Below, piece by piece: positions 40,708 through 50,484 of a stretch of 64,000 nucleotides of DNA. The position numbers and the translations under genes were made by a program. The stretch comes from Candidatus Iainarchaeum sp. Its GTDB lineage: Archaea > Iainarchaeota > Iainarchaeia > Iainarchaeales > JAAZKV01. The notes below the pieces were generated by a model. The model ran no database searches, was not told the origin of the DNA, and saw only the letters and a program-made list of their open reading frames with translations. Every line of letters begins with the position of its first letter. Positions within the stretch are counted from its first letter, which is position 1. Location: NCBI GenBank assembly GCA_026397015.1, contig JAPLVR010000003.1, forward strand, positions 45,414 through 109,413. Direction: 5' to 3'.

Positions 40708-41330
40708 TCCCAAACCACCATCGCCATTATCGCGGGCGCAATCACGCTGTGATTTCCAATGATTTTAGTCTGAACCGCAACAGGATAAAAACGGACTATG
40801 TAATTTTTTTGGGAACAGCTGAATTTCTTGGAGCCAAATTTTACATAATCACAAAAATATCTGCACTTCGGATCCGCGCCCGGCCCTACGACGCTGCTTT
40901 CACAACCCGCATATTCCGAATCCACAAGAAGGTCTTCTTCGTTGAAAGATTCGTCTGTTCCGCTTTCACAATTTATTATGTTTGAAAGCTCGTCACCGGG
41001 GGAATTTCCTTTTATAAGATAAATGCCGACCATGAAATTGTACGGGCTTTGCTGAACCCTTATCCTGTCACACCTCGTTTTGAACTGGCTCAAACTCAGG
41101 AGGAGCGAATCGCCTTTCAACTGTCTTGAAATCGAAATAAGATTTATTTTCTCGTTAAGAATTTCGTTTTTTGTTTCATAGTTGTTGAGCGTCGCGGAAA
41201 AAACCGTGAAAAAAAGCAGAAGTGCGAAAACAATCGGAATCAGCGAAGGAAGGTCATCGCCTATCGCACCGATAAACCCCCTGCACGGGGAAAAAAATTT
41301 TTTAAAAAAACCTCTTTCCAATTTTTCCAT
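40704..41330 (-). CDS. Minor pilin-like protein
   Basis: RG/FIGAIGDDLPSLIPIVFALLLFF, Cys-containing globular domain. Confidence 0.7.
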   Translation of the reverse strand: MEKLERGFFKKFFSPCRGFIGAIGDDLPSLIPIVFALLLFFTVFSATLNNYETKNEILNEKINLISISRQLKGDSLLLSLSQFKTRCDRIRVQQSPYNFMVGIYLIKGNSPGDELSNIINCESGTDESFNEEDLLVDSEYAGCESSVVGPGADPKCRYFCDYVKFGSKKFSCSQKNYIVRFYPVAVQTKIIGNHSVIAPAIMAMVVWE

Positions 41331-41464
41331 CTACATCGCCCACATAACCAAAATTTTTTATAATTTTTTTCATTCGTTTTTGCCAGACTTTTTTATTCCA
41401 TCCATTCCCTATTTTTTTATCCAACCAACCGCCTATTTTTTGTTTGTTTCACCTTTCATCTTTT

Positions 41465-42199
41465 TTATCCCACCAGGCCCCTATCAATGCATTTCTGAAA
41501 ATTATTAGCTTTCTGCACAGCTTCGTCTTCAAGCAGGGAATTTACAAAACATCCCGAAATCGGGGTGTTGGGTGCAGGATTTTGTCCGCTAGAATTTATT
41601 TTATAGCAGCCGACTTTCAGCACAGCTAACTCGCAATCCATGTTTATCGAGCTGGTGCAAGGGATTATATAAATGGTTTTATTTTTGTTTGAAACTTCTT
41701 TTACTATTGCATACGCATCCATCGGTATTTCCGCACGCGAAAAAATTGTTATTGAATCAAGGCCGTAATCCGCCGCGCTGAGATTTCTTCTTTCGGTGGA
41801 AACATCAGGGCCCACAAGAATTATTTCCGCGTCAGTCACAACACTTTGGGAGGCAATAACGGTTTTACTCTTCCTTTTGTTGATTGACAAAACAAGCTCG
41901 TTTTTTTTGGGAACATTTGCAGAGCCCTCAAAAATCTGCACCTTTGTAAAATTGATTTCATAAAGAATGCTTTCCTTCAAACCGTACCTTAAATAATCGG
42001 GGATTCCTACTGATTTGGTCGAGCACATCCCTTCCTGTTCAATTTGTTGCTGGATTGTTAATGCGTTCTTCTGAAGAAGATTTGTGGCCGCAACTGTCAT
42101 GTCCCTGTACTCGATGAAGTTCATGAATGCCAGCGCTATTACGAAAATGCCCGTGGCAAAAAGAAGCATATTCATTTTGCTTAAAATAAAGCTGAGCAT
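41465..42199 (-). CDS. Pilin-like or pilus accessory protein (N-terminal hydrophobic helix, no clear prepilin cleavage site)
   Basis: MLSFILSKMNMLLFATGIFVIALAF; lies within the pilin run. Confidence 0.6.
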   Translation of the reverse strand: MLSFILSKMNMLLFATGIFVIALAFMNFIEYRDMTVAATNLLQKNALTIQQQIEQEGMCSTKSVGIPDYLRYGLKESILYEINFTKVQIFEGSANVPKKNELVLSINKRKSKTVIASQSVVTDAEIILVGPDVSTERRNLSAADYGLDSITIFSRAEIPMDAYAIVKEVSNKNKTIYIIPCTSSINMDCELAVLKVGCYKINSSGQNPAPNTPISGCFVNSLLEDEAVQKANNFQKCIDRGLVG

Positions 42200-42205
42200 T
42201 TTTTA

Positions 42206-42835
42206 TCACGGCCTGTAATAAATGCACACTCTCGGAGTTTCTTCCCCCACAGTTGAAACATTCTTGAAAATGTAAGTGCCTGATTTAAGCAGCGGCTGCC
42301 CCTCGTTCACAATAGTTGAGCCCGGACGAATGCTTGTAAGCTCGGGAGACACAAGTGTATATGGAATGCCGCCTTCGGTAACAACTGGGCAGGGATCTCC
42401 CAAGTTAGTTTCAAAACTTGTGAATTCCGGAATGTTGATGCATTTTCTTATCAGGCCGTCCGGAATGTCCGCCGTGTAAAAAACCATTATGTGACAACGC
42501 TCGGATGGTGTTCCACAAACCGCGTTGCAATTGGCTGAACTGCTCGCGCTGGCCTTCTCGACCTGAATTCCGATTGTGGCTTTGTTTTCATTGAAACATT
42601 TGTCAAGGGTGAACGCAAATTTGCTGTTGCTTCTGTAATCGGCGGTGTTGTGAAGGTTTGAAATAAATTTTTCAATCTCCTTATCGTTATTATTTTTGCA
42701 CACCTGCATTTGAATCTGCCCAAGAAGGGATGTTCCAATAATTACCACAAATCCCATTATTACAACCGCGACAAGGAGTTCAAAGGGCGCGCTCACCTGA
42801 CCGCGCTGGCTTTTTTTCTTAGAGCAGTTTTTCAA
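42206..42835 (-). CDS. Pilin-like protein (class III signal peptide)
   Basis: KKKSQRG/QVSAPFELLVAVVIMG. Confidence 0.8.
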   Translation of the reverse strand: MKNCSKKKSQRGQVSAPFELLVAVVIMGFVVIIGTSLLGQIQMQVCKNNNDKEIEKFISNLHNTADYRSNSKFAFTLDKCFNENKATIGIQVEKASASSSANCNAVCGTPSERCHIMVFYTADIPDGLIRKCINIPEFTSFETNLGDPCPVVTEGGIPYTLVSPELTSIRPGSTIVNEGQPLLKSGTYIFKNVSTVGEETPRVCIYYRP

Positions 42836-42843
42836 TAAACCAC

Positions 42844-43029
42844 CTAACTTGAATTTGTGCCCGTATTTGTAGTCTTTGGAATATTTTTCTGCGCCTGCTG
42901 GAACATCGGCTTTGCAATTAAAATCAGGAGCAGCGCGACTATCGCGAAAACAAGTATCAAATAAACGGCGCCAAAATCCGAGGAAGCGCCTTCCTCGCGG
43001 AACAATTCCTTAATCCTCTTGAAGCCCAT
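42844..43029 (-). CDS. Small (61-aa) Flp-sized pilin-like protein
   Basis: LFREEG/ASSDFGAVYLILVFAIVALLL. Confidence 0.65.
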   Translation of the reverse strand: MGFKRIKELFREEGASSDFGAVYLILVFAIVALLLILIAKPMFQQAQKNIPKTTNTGTNSS

Positions 43030-43043
43030 GAAAAAACAATGGA

Positions 43044-43073
43044 GAAAGAAGTATATAAGTTTATACTTCTTTC
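43044..43073. promoter_or_regulatory. Perfect 12-bp inverted repeat enclosing a TATA-like box inside the pilin cluster
   Basis: GAAAGAAGTATA-TAAGTT-TATACTTCTTTC; minus-strand TTATATA about 25 nt upstream of ATG 43029. Confidence 0.6.
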
Positions 43074-43088
43074 AAAAAGCAATTTGAT

Positions 43089-43592
43089 TTAAGCGCGCTT
43101 TATCATTACTAAACAACACGGCTGATGTTCTGATTCTGTGCAAAGTTCAATAGGGTCCACACTCGTTGCAGTGCCCAAAACCTCTAAACTTTCTTTCAAA
43201 GAAGCCCCCGTAGTTTCACAGTTTACAAGGGCTTTAAATTCCATTTCTGTTACACCAAGATACTTGAAATAAGACCAATCGGCACCAACAATTTTAGCTT
43301 CAATTAACGCTTCTCCAACCGACTTATCAACATCAAAAACTATCGAGTGTTGATCGGTGGGTGCAAATTGTTTACTTGTAAGACTCACATCTTTGTCTAA
43401 CCAAAAATTTTGGCTGGTTTGCGAACCGCCAGTTTTAGCAGCTTCCAATGCATTTGATATTGATTTTTTTGCTTCCATTCCTAGTTTATCTCCGCCAGTA
43501 ATCATCGGCAGCAAAACAAAAAGAATAGCAACCGCTACAATCGCGGCTATTAACAATTCGAACACACTAAAAGCTTGCCCTTTGTTGTTCAT
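43089..43592 (-). CDS. Pilin (class III signal peptide), paralog B
   Basis: MNNKG/QAFSVFELLIAAIVAVAIL; aligns along its length with the 43603-44133 product. Confidence 0.85.
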   Translation of the reverse strand: MNNKGQAFSVFELLIAAIVAVAILFVLLPMITGGDKLGMEAKKSISNALEAAKTGGSQTSQNFWLDKDVSLTSKQFAPTDQHSIVFDVDKSVGEALIEAKIVGADWSYFKYLGVTEMEFKALVNCETTGASLKESLEVLGTATSVDPIELCTESEHQPCCLVMIKRA

Positions 43593-43602
43593 CCAAACAC
43601 CT

Positions 43603-44133
43603 TTATGCCCTCTTCAATATCACAATGCAACATGGCTGGTAATCGCCTTCGGTGCAAAGATCGACCGGCGTGCCAGGCGCGTAGTAGTCAAGCCCTGAAC
43701 TAACAAGTGGTTCGAGAGTTTCTTCAAGCGACAGTCCGGTTGACTCACAGTAAACAGTTGCTTTTGCTTTCATTTGAACAGCCTGCTTGTAAACGAATTG
43801 TGAAAATCCATTTGAAAAAGTGTCGGGTATGTCTATTATCGCATCATCTATAGAGGTAATTTTTGCAAAAATAACCGAATGAGGATCGAAGCCTTCCTTT
43901 TGGAATTGCTTGCTTGTCAATGTCTCATCTTTTTTCAACGCGAAATCCTGGCTGGTTTGCGAACCACCGTTCTTTACCGCGTTCAAAGTGTTCGCAATGT
44001 TGTCCCTCGCAGAACCCGTAGGGGTAATAAGATTGTTAATAATCGGCAATAAAACGAATAAAATGGCAACCGCAATTATTGCGGCAATCATCAGCTCAAA
44101 AACACTAAATGCCTGTCCTCTCTGGTTCAACAA
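43603..44133 (-). CDS. Pilin (class III signal peptide), paralog A, probable major pilin
   Basis: NQRG/QAFSVFELMIAAIIAVAIL; own GGTGG SD and TTTAAATA box upstream. Confidence 0.85.
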   Translation of the reverse strand: MLNQRGQAFSVFELMIAAIIAVAILFVLLPIINNLITPTGSARDNIANTLNAVKNGGSQTSQDFALKKDETLTSKQFQKEGFDPHSVIFAKITSIDDAIIDIPDTFSNGFSQFVYKQAVQMKAKATVYCESTGLSLEETLEPLVSSGLDYYAPGTPVDLCTEGDYQPCCIVILKRA

Positions 44134-44260
44134 AAACCACCACCTGAACTAAGAAACGACTAAGTAATATTTAAACCTTGCTTTCAACTCTTTGGATGGC
44201 AATAACGACACCTTGCCTTCAACTTTTTGGGCGGACAATAACGACTCATTCAAAAAATGT

Positions 44261-44842
44261 TTAACCGCAGTAGCCGTCAACGGTGTCGGTTTCTTTTTTC
44301 AATGCCTTTCCAAAGGAAATTCTGCAGCAGATTTCAACGCACCCCTGCGGCTGGCAGATATCGGAACCGTCAACGCTCACCATATCCTGACCGCAACCTG
44401 TCTGGCATGGAACGTCAGGATGATATGGTTTGCAAAGCGCATAAACTTCTGCTTCTACCGGTTGCTCAAATGTGATGGAAGACTTATCATCGGAAATTTT
44501 TGCACCTGCCAAATTGGATTCGAAGTTGAAAGAAGCGGGGTCTTTTCCGGTGAGGGCTGAAAGGGCAGTTGACGTGTAACCCTTTCCGCTCGGAAAAAAA
44601 AGCGCCCGCGAAGATTCTATTACTTCTCCGCTCGGAGTATTGATTGCGGAGAGCACGAGCTCGTTAAATTCCTTGGTTGAAATGCTTGTTCTCATTTGCT
44701 GGAACTGATAAATTGCGGCAACAATTATTACGAGGACAACGAACATTATTATTGAGTCAACCATAAGTCTGAAAACGGCGCCGGCCTGCGCTTTTTCTTC
44801 AAAAAACAATTCCCTCATAAAAGCACCGACCATTGTTTCCAA
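44261..44842 (-). CDS. Pilin-like protein (class III signal peptide)
   Basis: EEKA/QAGAVFRLMVDSIIMFVVL; Cys-rich C-terminus; alternative ATG at 44818. Confidence 0.75.
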   Translation of the reverse strand: METMVGAFMRELFFEEKAQAGAVFRLMVDSIIMFVVLVIIVAAIYQFQQMRTSISTKEFNELVLSAINTPSGEVIESSRALFFPSGKGYTSTALSALTGKDPASFNFESNLAGAKISDDKSSITFEQPVEAEVYALCKPYHPDVPCQTGCGQDMVSVDGSDICQPQGCVEICCRISFGKALKKETDTVDGYCG

Positions 44843-44853
44843 ATTTTCTCCAT

Positions 44854-47286
44854 TCAGCCCTGCGTGAGTATCATCGAAATCATCGTATTCCCTGCGTAAA
44901 CCGTTGCAACGAAAACGAGCACCGCGATTGGCAGCGCCTTTGCCAGATTTATCTTGAAAAGCAAATCGTTGTCCTCCTGTATTTTTGTGGTAAAGTAAAT
45001 CATTATTATCACAATTTCGGCGACATAAATTCCTATTATCAGGAGGAATGCCAGCGGCGTTGCAAAGGTTTTGAAAACCGCGGGCTTAATGTCAAACATC
45101 GCCCCGATATTTGTGAGCGAGGTAACGTTGCTGCCCGCAACATTTGTAGTAGCATCCGTGGCGATGTTTGGCGCAACCGGATCCGATACCAAACCCGCAA
45201 GAGTATTAAGCACAACTTTTTGAAGCGCAACAGTTATTCCAAGAACGATTGGCGCAATAAAAATCGCCATGGTCTGCATGGTCGTTGTAACTTCCGAAAC
45301 AAGGTCCTTCAAACCCTTATTTACCTTGTCAATGTTGTCCATCTGCAATGAGAGGCTCATCAGCGTACGCGAAGCGACTTCAACACCGAGTGAAACCGAA
45401 TCAACAAGCAGGCGCATCGCAGTATTCAGTGTGTCGGAAGGAATGCCTTTCATCGCGCCGTAAACAGGGCTGAATACCGCGGTTTCAAGCGGCATCCCCA
45501 TAAGTTCAATATTTTCAAGCGTTTTTGCAAAAATCCTTTCGCTCACTTTTAAATTAGGAAGAAAATTTTTTGCATGCTTCAGGGCATTTTCAACCGGCTT
45601 ATTTTCACCCATTCTCGAAGCGATGAGATACATGGATTCCTTGAATTCGTCCTCCATCTGCATTATTTCCAGCTGGGCCTTCCTTTTGTAAATATTTCTG
45701 TAATAGAGGAGGAAGGACGCGCCGCACGCAATTGTAATCATTGCGCCGAGCCAAAAAACGTATTTGGTAGGATCGTTTTTCGGATTGCTTGTTAATGTCA
45801 GGAAGCTTTTCGCGACCATCGCATCCGCCATATCATCTTCGAATCCGTTTTGTTTCAGCTGGGCAAAATATGCTCCCTTGGTAGAATCCGAAATATCGAA
45901 AAAATAAAGGTCGATTACTTTTTTGCCGTAATAATCAGGCGACTTGTTCTCCGCCGCCAAAACCTCTTCAAGCGTTTTATCGGCGGGAATTATCTGAAAG
46001 TTCGTTCCCTCTTCGTTTGTTGATAAAAATAAAAATTTTGGCGGAAGCCCCTGCGTCGAAACAAAAAAAGAAATTCCCAACCCGATTACAAGAATTAAAA
46101 CAAAAACCAATCTTGTGTCGATTGAGCCGCCGCTTGTTCTCATGTGCCACTTCTTCGGCAGGCCCATATAGTCGTCATTTATTATGGGAGGCTCGTATGT
46201 CGGCGGCCTTCGCTGAACAACCCCTTTCGCAAAACTGAATGCAACAAAAGGAAGGACTCCGCAAAAAGCTATGAGCAAAATTTCCGGGCGCGAAAAGGGC
46301 TGTCCGGAAAAAGCCGAGCCGACTGGCAGAATTATTATGAGCAAAAGCGGAAGCAATACGCCCATATAGAAAAGCATTATTGAAGGCTGGTTGAGGCTTC
46401 GCGCGTAATCCTCCATTTTGCCTTTTACACTGTCCAAAACCTGCGACATTGTTTTGTCCAGCAGCTGGTATCTGCGCGATTCGCTCGGCTCCATTACGGA
46501 GGCGCGTATCCTCATCAGTGCCTCCTTCAACTCGGAAGAATATTTCCCCCAATTGTAAGCCAACGCATCAAGTCCTTCGCTAACGGAACCATAAACCCCA
46601 ATTTGAAAATCCCACAGCACTTTCTTGAAATCTTTTGCGACTTTTCCCCTTCCGTGTTTTGCGGAAAACTCAATTGATTTTTCCAGATTTGGGACGAGCT
46701 TCATTGACATTATCATATAGCCGACAATCTGGGGAACGTATGTGAGCGCCTTGTTTTTTTCCGCGTCCGCAATCACAATCGGATAATTATAAATGTAATA
46801 AATTATCAACCCCGTAAAGCCGAAAAGAACCCCTGCAAGCATCAAAAAAGTTGTGTTAGTATCGCCGCCGAACATTTCGAAAAGCGGTTGAGAGTATCCT
46901 ATTATTTGGTAGGTATTGTACTCGGGACTTATTTGGAACCCGACGCCGAAAAGATACGCTAAAACCAGCACAACAATTATCGGAAAAAGCGCTGTTGTAA
47001 AAGTTCCTTTTATTCCCGCCGCAAATTCGCCGGCAGTGAGTCGCCATCCCAAAAAATTTATTGCCTCCTGGTGCTTTTCCGAAAACAATGCCCCTTTTCC
47101 AAGGGAAGGATTTTTTTTGTACAACTGCTTGCAGTATTTCACAAAATCGTTGTCCTGCTCAACAACGGATTTGCCGCCCTCATCGTCGAAGGAAATGTCG
47201 CCGAGAGAAGTTATTTTGCTGTAAAGCTGGCCGGGGCTGGCCTCCGGCCCGTATTTATCCCTCAACTCTTTTTTTTTCGACGCCAT
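44854..47286 (-). CDS. Large TadC/ArlJ-like pilus platform protein (two T2SSF-type halves)
   Basis: Multiple TMs; 'PNLEKSIEFSA', 'ENKPVENAL', 'FIAPIVLGI'; follows the ATPase. Confidence 0.82.
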   Translation of the reverse strand: MASKKKELRDKYGPEASPGQLYSKITSLGDISFDDEGGKSVVEQDNDFVKYCKQLYKKNPSLGKGALFSEKHQEAINFLGWRLTAGEFAAGIKGTFTTALFPIIVVLVLAYLFGVGFQISPEYNTYQIIGYSQPLFEMFGGDTNTTFLMLAGVLFGFTGLIIYYIYNYPIVIADAEKNKALTYVPQIVGYMIMSMKLVPNLEKSIEFSAKHGRGKVAKDFKKVLWDFQIGVYGSVSEGLDALAYNWGKYSSELKEALMRIRASVMEPSESRRYQLLDKTMSQVLDSVKGKMEDYARSLNQPSIMLFYMGVLLPLLLIIILPVGSAFSGQPFSRPEILLIAFCGVLPFVAFSFAKGVVQRRPPTYEPPIINDDYMGLPKKWHMRTSGGSIDTRLVFVLILVIGLGISFFVSTQGLPPKFLFLSTNEEGTNFQIIPADKTLEEVLAAENKSPDYYGKKVIDLYFFDISDSTKGAYFAQLKQNGFEDDMADAMVAKSFLTLTSNPKNDPTKYVFWLGAMITIACGASFLLYYRNIYKRKAQLEIMQMEDEFKESMYLIASRMGENKPVENALKHAKNFLPNLKVSERIFAKTLENIELMGMPLETAVFSPVYGAMKGIPSDTLNTAMRLLVDSVSLGVEVASRTLMSLSLQMDNIDKVNKGLKDLVSEVTTTMQTMAIFIAPIVLGITVALQKVVLNTLAGLVSDPVAPNIATDATTNVAGSNVTSLTNIGAMFDIKPAVFKTFATPLAFLLIIGIYVAEIVIIMIYFTTKIQEDNDLLFKINLAKALPIAVLVFVATVYAGNTMISMILTQG

Positions 47287-47355
47287 TCAAAAACCCGAAA
47301 TAATTTTATTTTATTTTTTTTATTTTTTTTTTTGCAAAAATAATTTTTTGTTTAT

Positions 47356-49683
47356 TTATTCTTCTTCTTTTTTCTTTCCTTCTTCTTTTTCGCTGCTGAA
47401 CCGCGGAATCGCAACAGTATTTACCCAGTTCTTCCACTGGCCGAGCAATTGCTCGTAGTTCGCCTTGCCTTCTTCCTCAATCATAATTTCTTTCATAAGA
47501 AGCAATTTGTTGGAACAGAGAGAAGTGCACTCGGCTTCAAGCAGGCTCGGAAGCTTCAATTTGTTTTTTTGCTCCACGAGGAAGAGCTTTGCATTCCCCC
47601 TAAGCCTTATGTCTTCCCAGATTTCATTGACCGTCATGCCCGAAGTTTTTTGGACCTTCTGCAGCAACTCGCTTTCCTTTAAATTGTCTTCCATTAATTC
47701 GAGAGAATCTTTTGCGGCGTCATAGCTCATCAGAGAAAGCAGCCCGCCTTCGCGCTCGGGGTCATCGTTCCAGTGCTTCTTTATTTCGGTAATTTCAACA
47801 ACACGCCTGACTCTTTGGGAGCTTCCCTTAAATCTTATCGGCCTTGCAACGACAACCAAATCCGTCGCCTTAAAGGAAGTGGTCGGAACTTCCAAATCAT
47901 TTACAACACGGTCCCAAACGGAGTAAGCGGAATCCGCGTGAATGGTTCCGAGAACAACATTTCCGGCGGCGCCGATTCTCATTGCTTCGTACAAAACTTT
48001 TGCTTCTTTGGACCTTACTTCTCCGATTATCAGCGCGGAATCACCCAGACGCAGCGCCGTTCTCAGCGCTTCTTCCGGCGCAACTTCTGTTTCGGTTTTT
48101 GAAACGCTAATCGGGCTCCTTGTTTTCAGGCGCTGAATATTGAAGCCGACTTCTTTCATGTAATCAATCGGAAGTTCAAGTGTGTCTTCCTGAACTATTA
48201 TTCTCGAGTTCATCGGGATTTCAAGCATGACTGCACTGAGAAGGGAAGTTTTTCCCGAACCCCTTGAACCGGCAATAAGTGTTGTCGCCTGCATATCGGT
48301 AAAAAAACTAAGCAACCCTGCCGCAAGAGGGTTGATGTAATTTACATCTACAAATTGTTCAAGCGTCCACGGAGTTATTTTGTGCAATCTGAAAGCGAAG
48401 GCGGAACCGGAAGGAGAAAGAGGCGGGCCGATTAAAGCGACTCTCGAATCCAAATCAGGAAGGTCGAAATCGAGGACAGGATGCGCCTCGTCAAAAGGCC
48501 TGGCGGACATTGCCCTCATTTTTGAAATCAGCGAATTTGCCTCGTTTTCCGTAAAAGTAACATTTGTCTGGCACTGGCCATAATCCGCATGAACGACATA
48601 AATCGGCTTTCCCCCGATTGGCGCGTCAATATAAATGTCGGTGAGCTTCCTGTCATTCAAAAGAACTTCAAGTATCCCATAACCTACCGTGTAGCGCGCA
48701 ACGACCTGGCCGAGCGCAACCATTTCCTCCGGCGTCAAACGAACTTTATAATATTCCGCGATTTCCTTTATTGTGGATTCGTACATTCTCTCAAAATATC
48801 TGCGCGAAGTCGCAACTGTGCTCAGCGAAGTTTTTCCGGGCTTGTAAGTCGCAACTATTTCACGCGTCTTGCTTAAAACAAAATACTTGTCGGGCGCAAG
48901 CGAATACTCCGGCGGATTTACGAAATAAATTTTTTCAAGTTTATCAGGCTTGGAAAAAATTTGAACTGTTGTGTCCTTTACACCATACTCGTCAAGAATT
49001 TCGAGGTTCTCCATTCCGGCGAAAGAAAGTTTTGAACCGATGAAACTCGGCTTTATTTCCGCCTCAAAAATTCCTTTGTAAATTACTTTCGTATCCGGCA
49101 TTTCCGCCAATTCCGTAAGCAATTTTTTTGCCTTCTGCACAAGCACCGTTTTGTCAAATTCCTGTTTTACCCGCACAAGCGAATCAAGGTAAGGCTCAGT
49201 GCACTCCGCGTATTCTTCGCTGCCCTGCTTTATTTTTTCCTGCTCTTTCCTTAATTCGTTCAACAATGTGAGGTAGGAAAGAATCGGGTCGAAATTAATG
49301 AGGTCATTTGCGATGCGCACCATCACCTGGTGCCTTTCCGGAAAGTACTGTTCGCATTCTTTTGCGGGCTTTCCCAAATGGGAGTAACTCCAAACGCTTT
49401 CCACGTGAAACTTCTGGGAAAGGTTTGCGATTTCCATCAAAATTTTTGTCGGCTCTTCCTCATAAACCCTTTCATAAACCTCCGCCAAAACAATCCTGTC
49501 TGCCTCAACATCCTGAAGGGTTTTCAAAACGTGAAAGCGGCAGTGATGGTCATCCGCTATTGTCGCGGAATAAACACAATTCTTACAGTCGAAAATCAGC
49601 GCGCGCTTTCCGCCGATATCCCTCACGGTGTATTCTCCAACCTTAAAACCGCCAATCTTCATTAAACGACACCAATCGGGCAA
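47356..49683 (-). CDS. Large type IV pilus assembly ATPase with a Cys/His-rich N-terminal extension
   Basis: Walker A GSRGSGKT, QEDTLEL, LRLGDSALIIGEVR, GTIHA; N-terminal CKNC..HHCRFH. Confidence 0.92.
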   Translation of the reverse strand: MPDWCRLMKIGGFKVGEYTVRDIGGKRALIFDCKNCVYSATIADDHHCRFHVLKTLQDVEADRIVLAEVYERVYEEEPTKILMEIANLSQKFHVESVWSYSHLGKPAKECEQYFPERHQVMVRIANDLINFDPILSYLTLLNELRKEQEKIKQGSEEYAECTEPYLDSLVRVKQEFDKTVLVQKAKKLLTELAEMPDTKVIYKGIFEAEIKPSFIGSKLSFAGMENLEILDEYGVKDTTVQIFSKPDKLEKIYFVNPPEYSLAPDKYFVLSKTREIVATYKPGKTSLSTVATSRRYFERMYESTIKEIAEYYKVRLTPEEMVALGQVVARYTVGYGILEVLLNDRKLTDIYIDAPIGGKPIYVVHADYGQCQTNVTFTENEANSLISKMRAMSARPFDEAHPVLDFDLPDLDSRVALIGPPLSPSGSAFAFRLHKITPWTLEQFVDVNYINPLAAGLLSFFTDMQATTLIAGSRGSGKTSLLSAVMLEIPMNSRIIVQEDTLELPIDYMKEVGFNIQRLKTRSPISVSKTETEVAPEEALRTALRLGDSALIIGEVRSKEAKVLYEAMRIGAAGNVVLGTIHADSAYSVWDRVVNDLEVPTTSFKATDLVVVARPIRFKGSSQRVRRVVEITEIKKHWNDDPEREGGLLSLMSYDAAKDSLELMEDNLKESELLQKVQKTSGMTVNEIWEDIRLRGNAKLFLVEQKNKLKLPSLLEAECTSLCSNKLLLMKEIMIEEEGKANYEQLLGQWKNWVNTVAIPRFSSEKEEGKKKEEE

Positions 49684-49788
49684 GCTGCCAGAGACGAGGC
49701 AAATGCCGTTAGAATATATATTAAAGAAATATAAAAGGTTTCGTAGAGGTTTTTTGGCAAAAAAACATTACTATCAAGTACTAAATAT

Positions 49789-50415
49789 TTGGGGCGCAAG
49801 CATTATTCTGGCACGGTTTATCCAAATTGGATTTTGGCGAAAAAAATCGAAATTTACGGCGTGCCGGCGGCTTACATCATCGAAAAGGCCGCAAAAAAGC
49901 CCGGCAAAAATCAAAATGCCGCCGCACACGAACGGAAAACATTTATAAATACCGCAAGAGAAGAATGTGTTATGCGCGGAAGAAAAAGAACACAAAGGAT
50001 GCCGATGGCGGCGGGGCCGCACTCTTTCAGGGGAATTATCAATCCCGCCGTTGCGCGAAAAATGAAATTAAAAAAAGCAATAAAGCTGCAGAAAAAAAAG
50101 ATCGGGCGGAAGATTGGGCGCATAATTGCAATGACTGAATACAATCCAACAGTTGAAAAAATGAGGCAAAGACCGGAAAAAAAGCAGGGCGGGATGGAAA
50201 AATTTGAAAAAATCGAGAAGCTGGCCAGGGAAATCGAGGGGGCAAAGGGAGAGCTTGACTATTACAAAAACGCCATGGAAGGGGCGAAAGAGGATTACGC
50301 GGAAATGATGCGCAGGCGGAGGAAGCTTCTGCCCATACGGCTGAGTTTTGCGCCAAAAAAAGTGCGTGCAAGGTACCTCAGAATGGGGGAGCGCGGCAAA
50401 GGGAAAAAAGCGTAA
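49789..50415 (+). CDS. Basic, coiled-coil hypothetical protein (true start probably about 49971)
   Basis: Long ORF, Lys/Arg-rich; no recognisable motif. Confidence 0.5.
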   Translation: MGRKHYSGTVYPNWILAKKIEIYGVPAAYIIEKAAKKPGKNQNAAAHERKTFINTAREECVMRGRKRTQRMPMAAGPHSFRGIINPAVARKMKLKKAIKLQKKKIGRKIGRIIAMTEYNPTVEKMRQRPEKKQGGMEKFEKIEKLAREIEGAKGELDYYKNAMEGAKEDYAEMMRRRRKLLPIRLSFAPKKVRARYLRMGERGKGKKA

Positions 50416-50484
50416 AAAGGCGCGCAAGAAAGGCCGAAAGGCCCAGAACAGCCGTACGAAAAAAATGCAACAACAAATTAGGCA

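Noticed and set aside
41331-41464. Degenerate pyrimidine-rich repeats between pilin genes
   Set aside because: Too irregular to call a repeat array or RNA
47356-49683. Possible intein explaining the ATPase's length
   Set aside because: Walker A, Asp box, Walker B and His box are normally spaced and no intein terminal motifs were seen; the extra length is N-terminal
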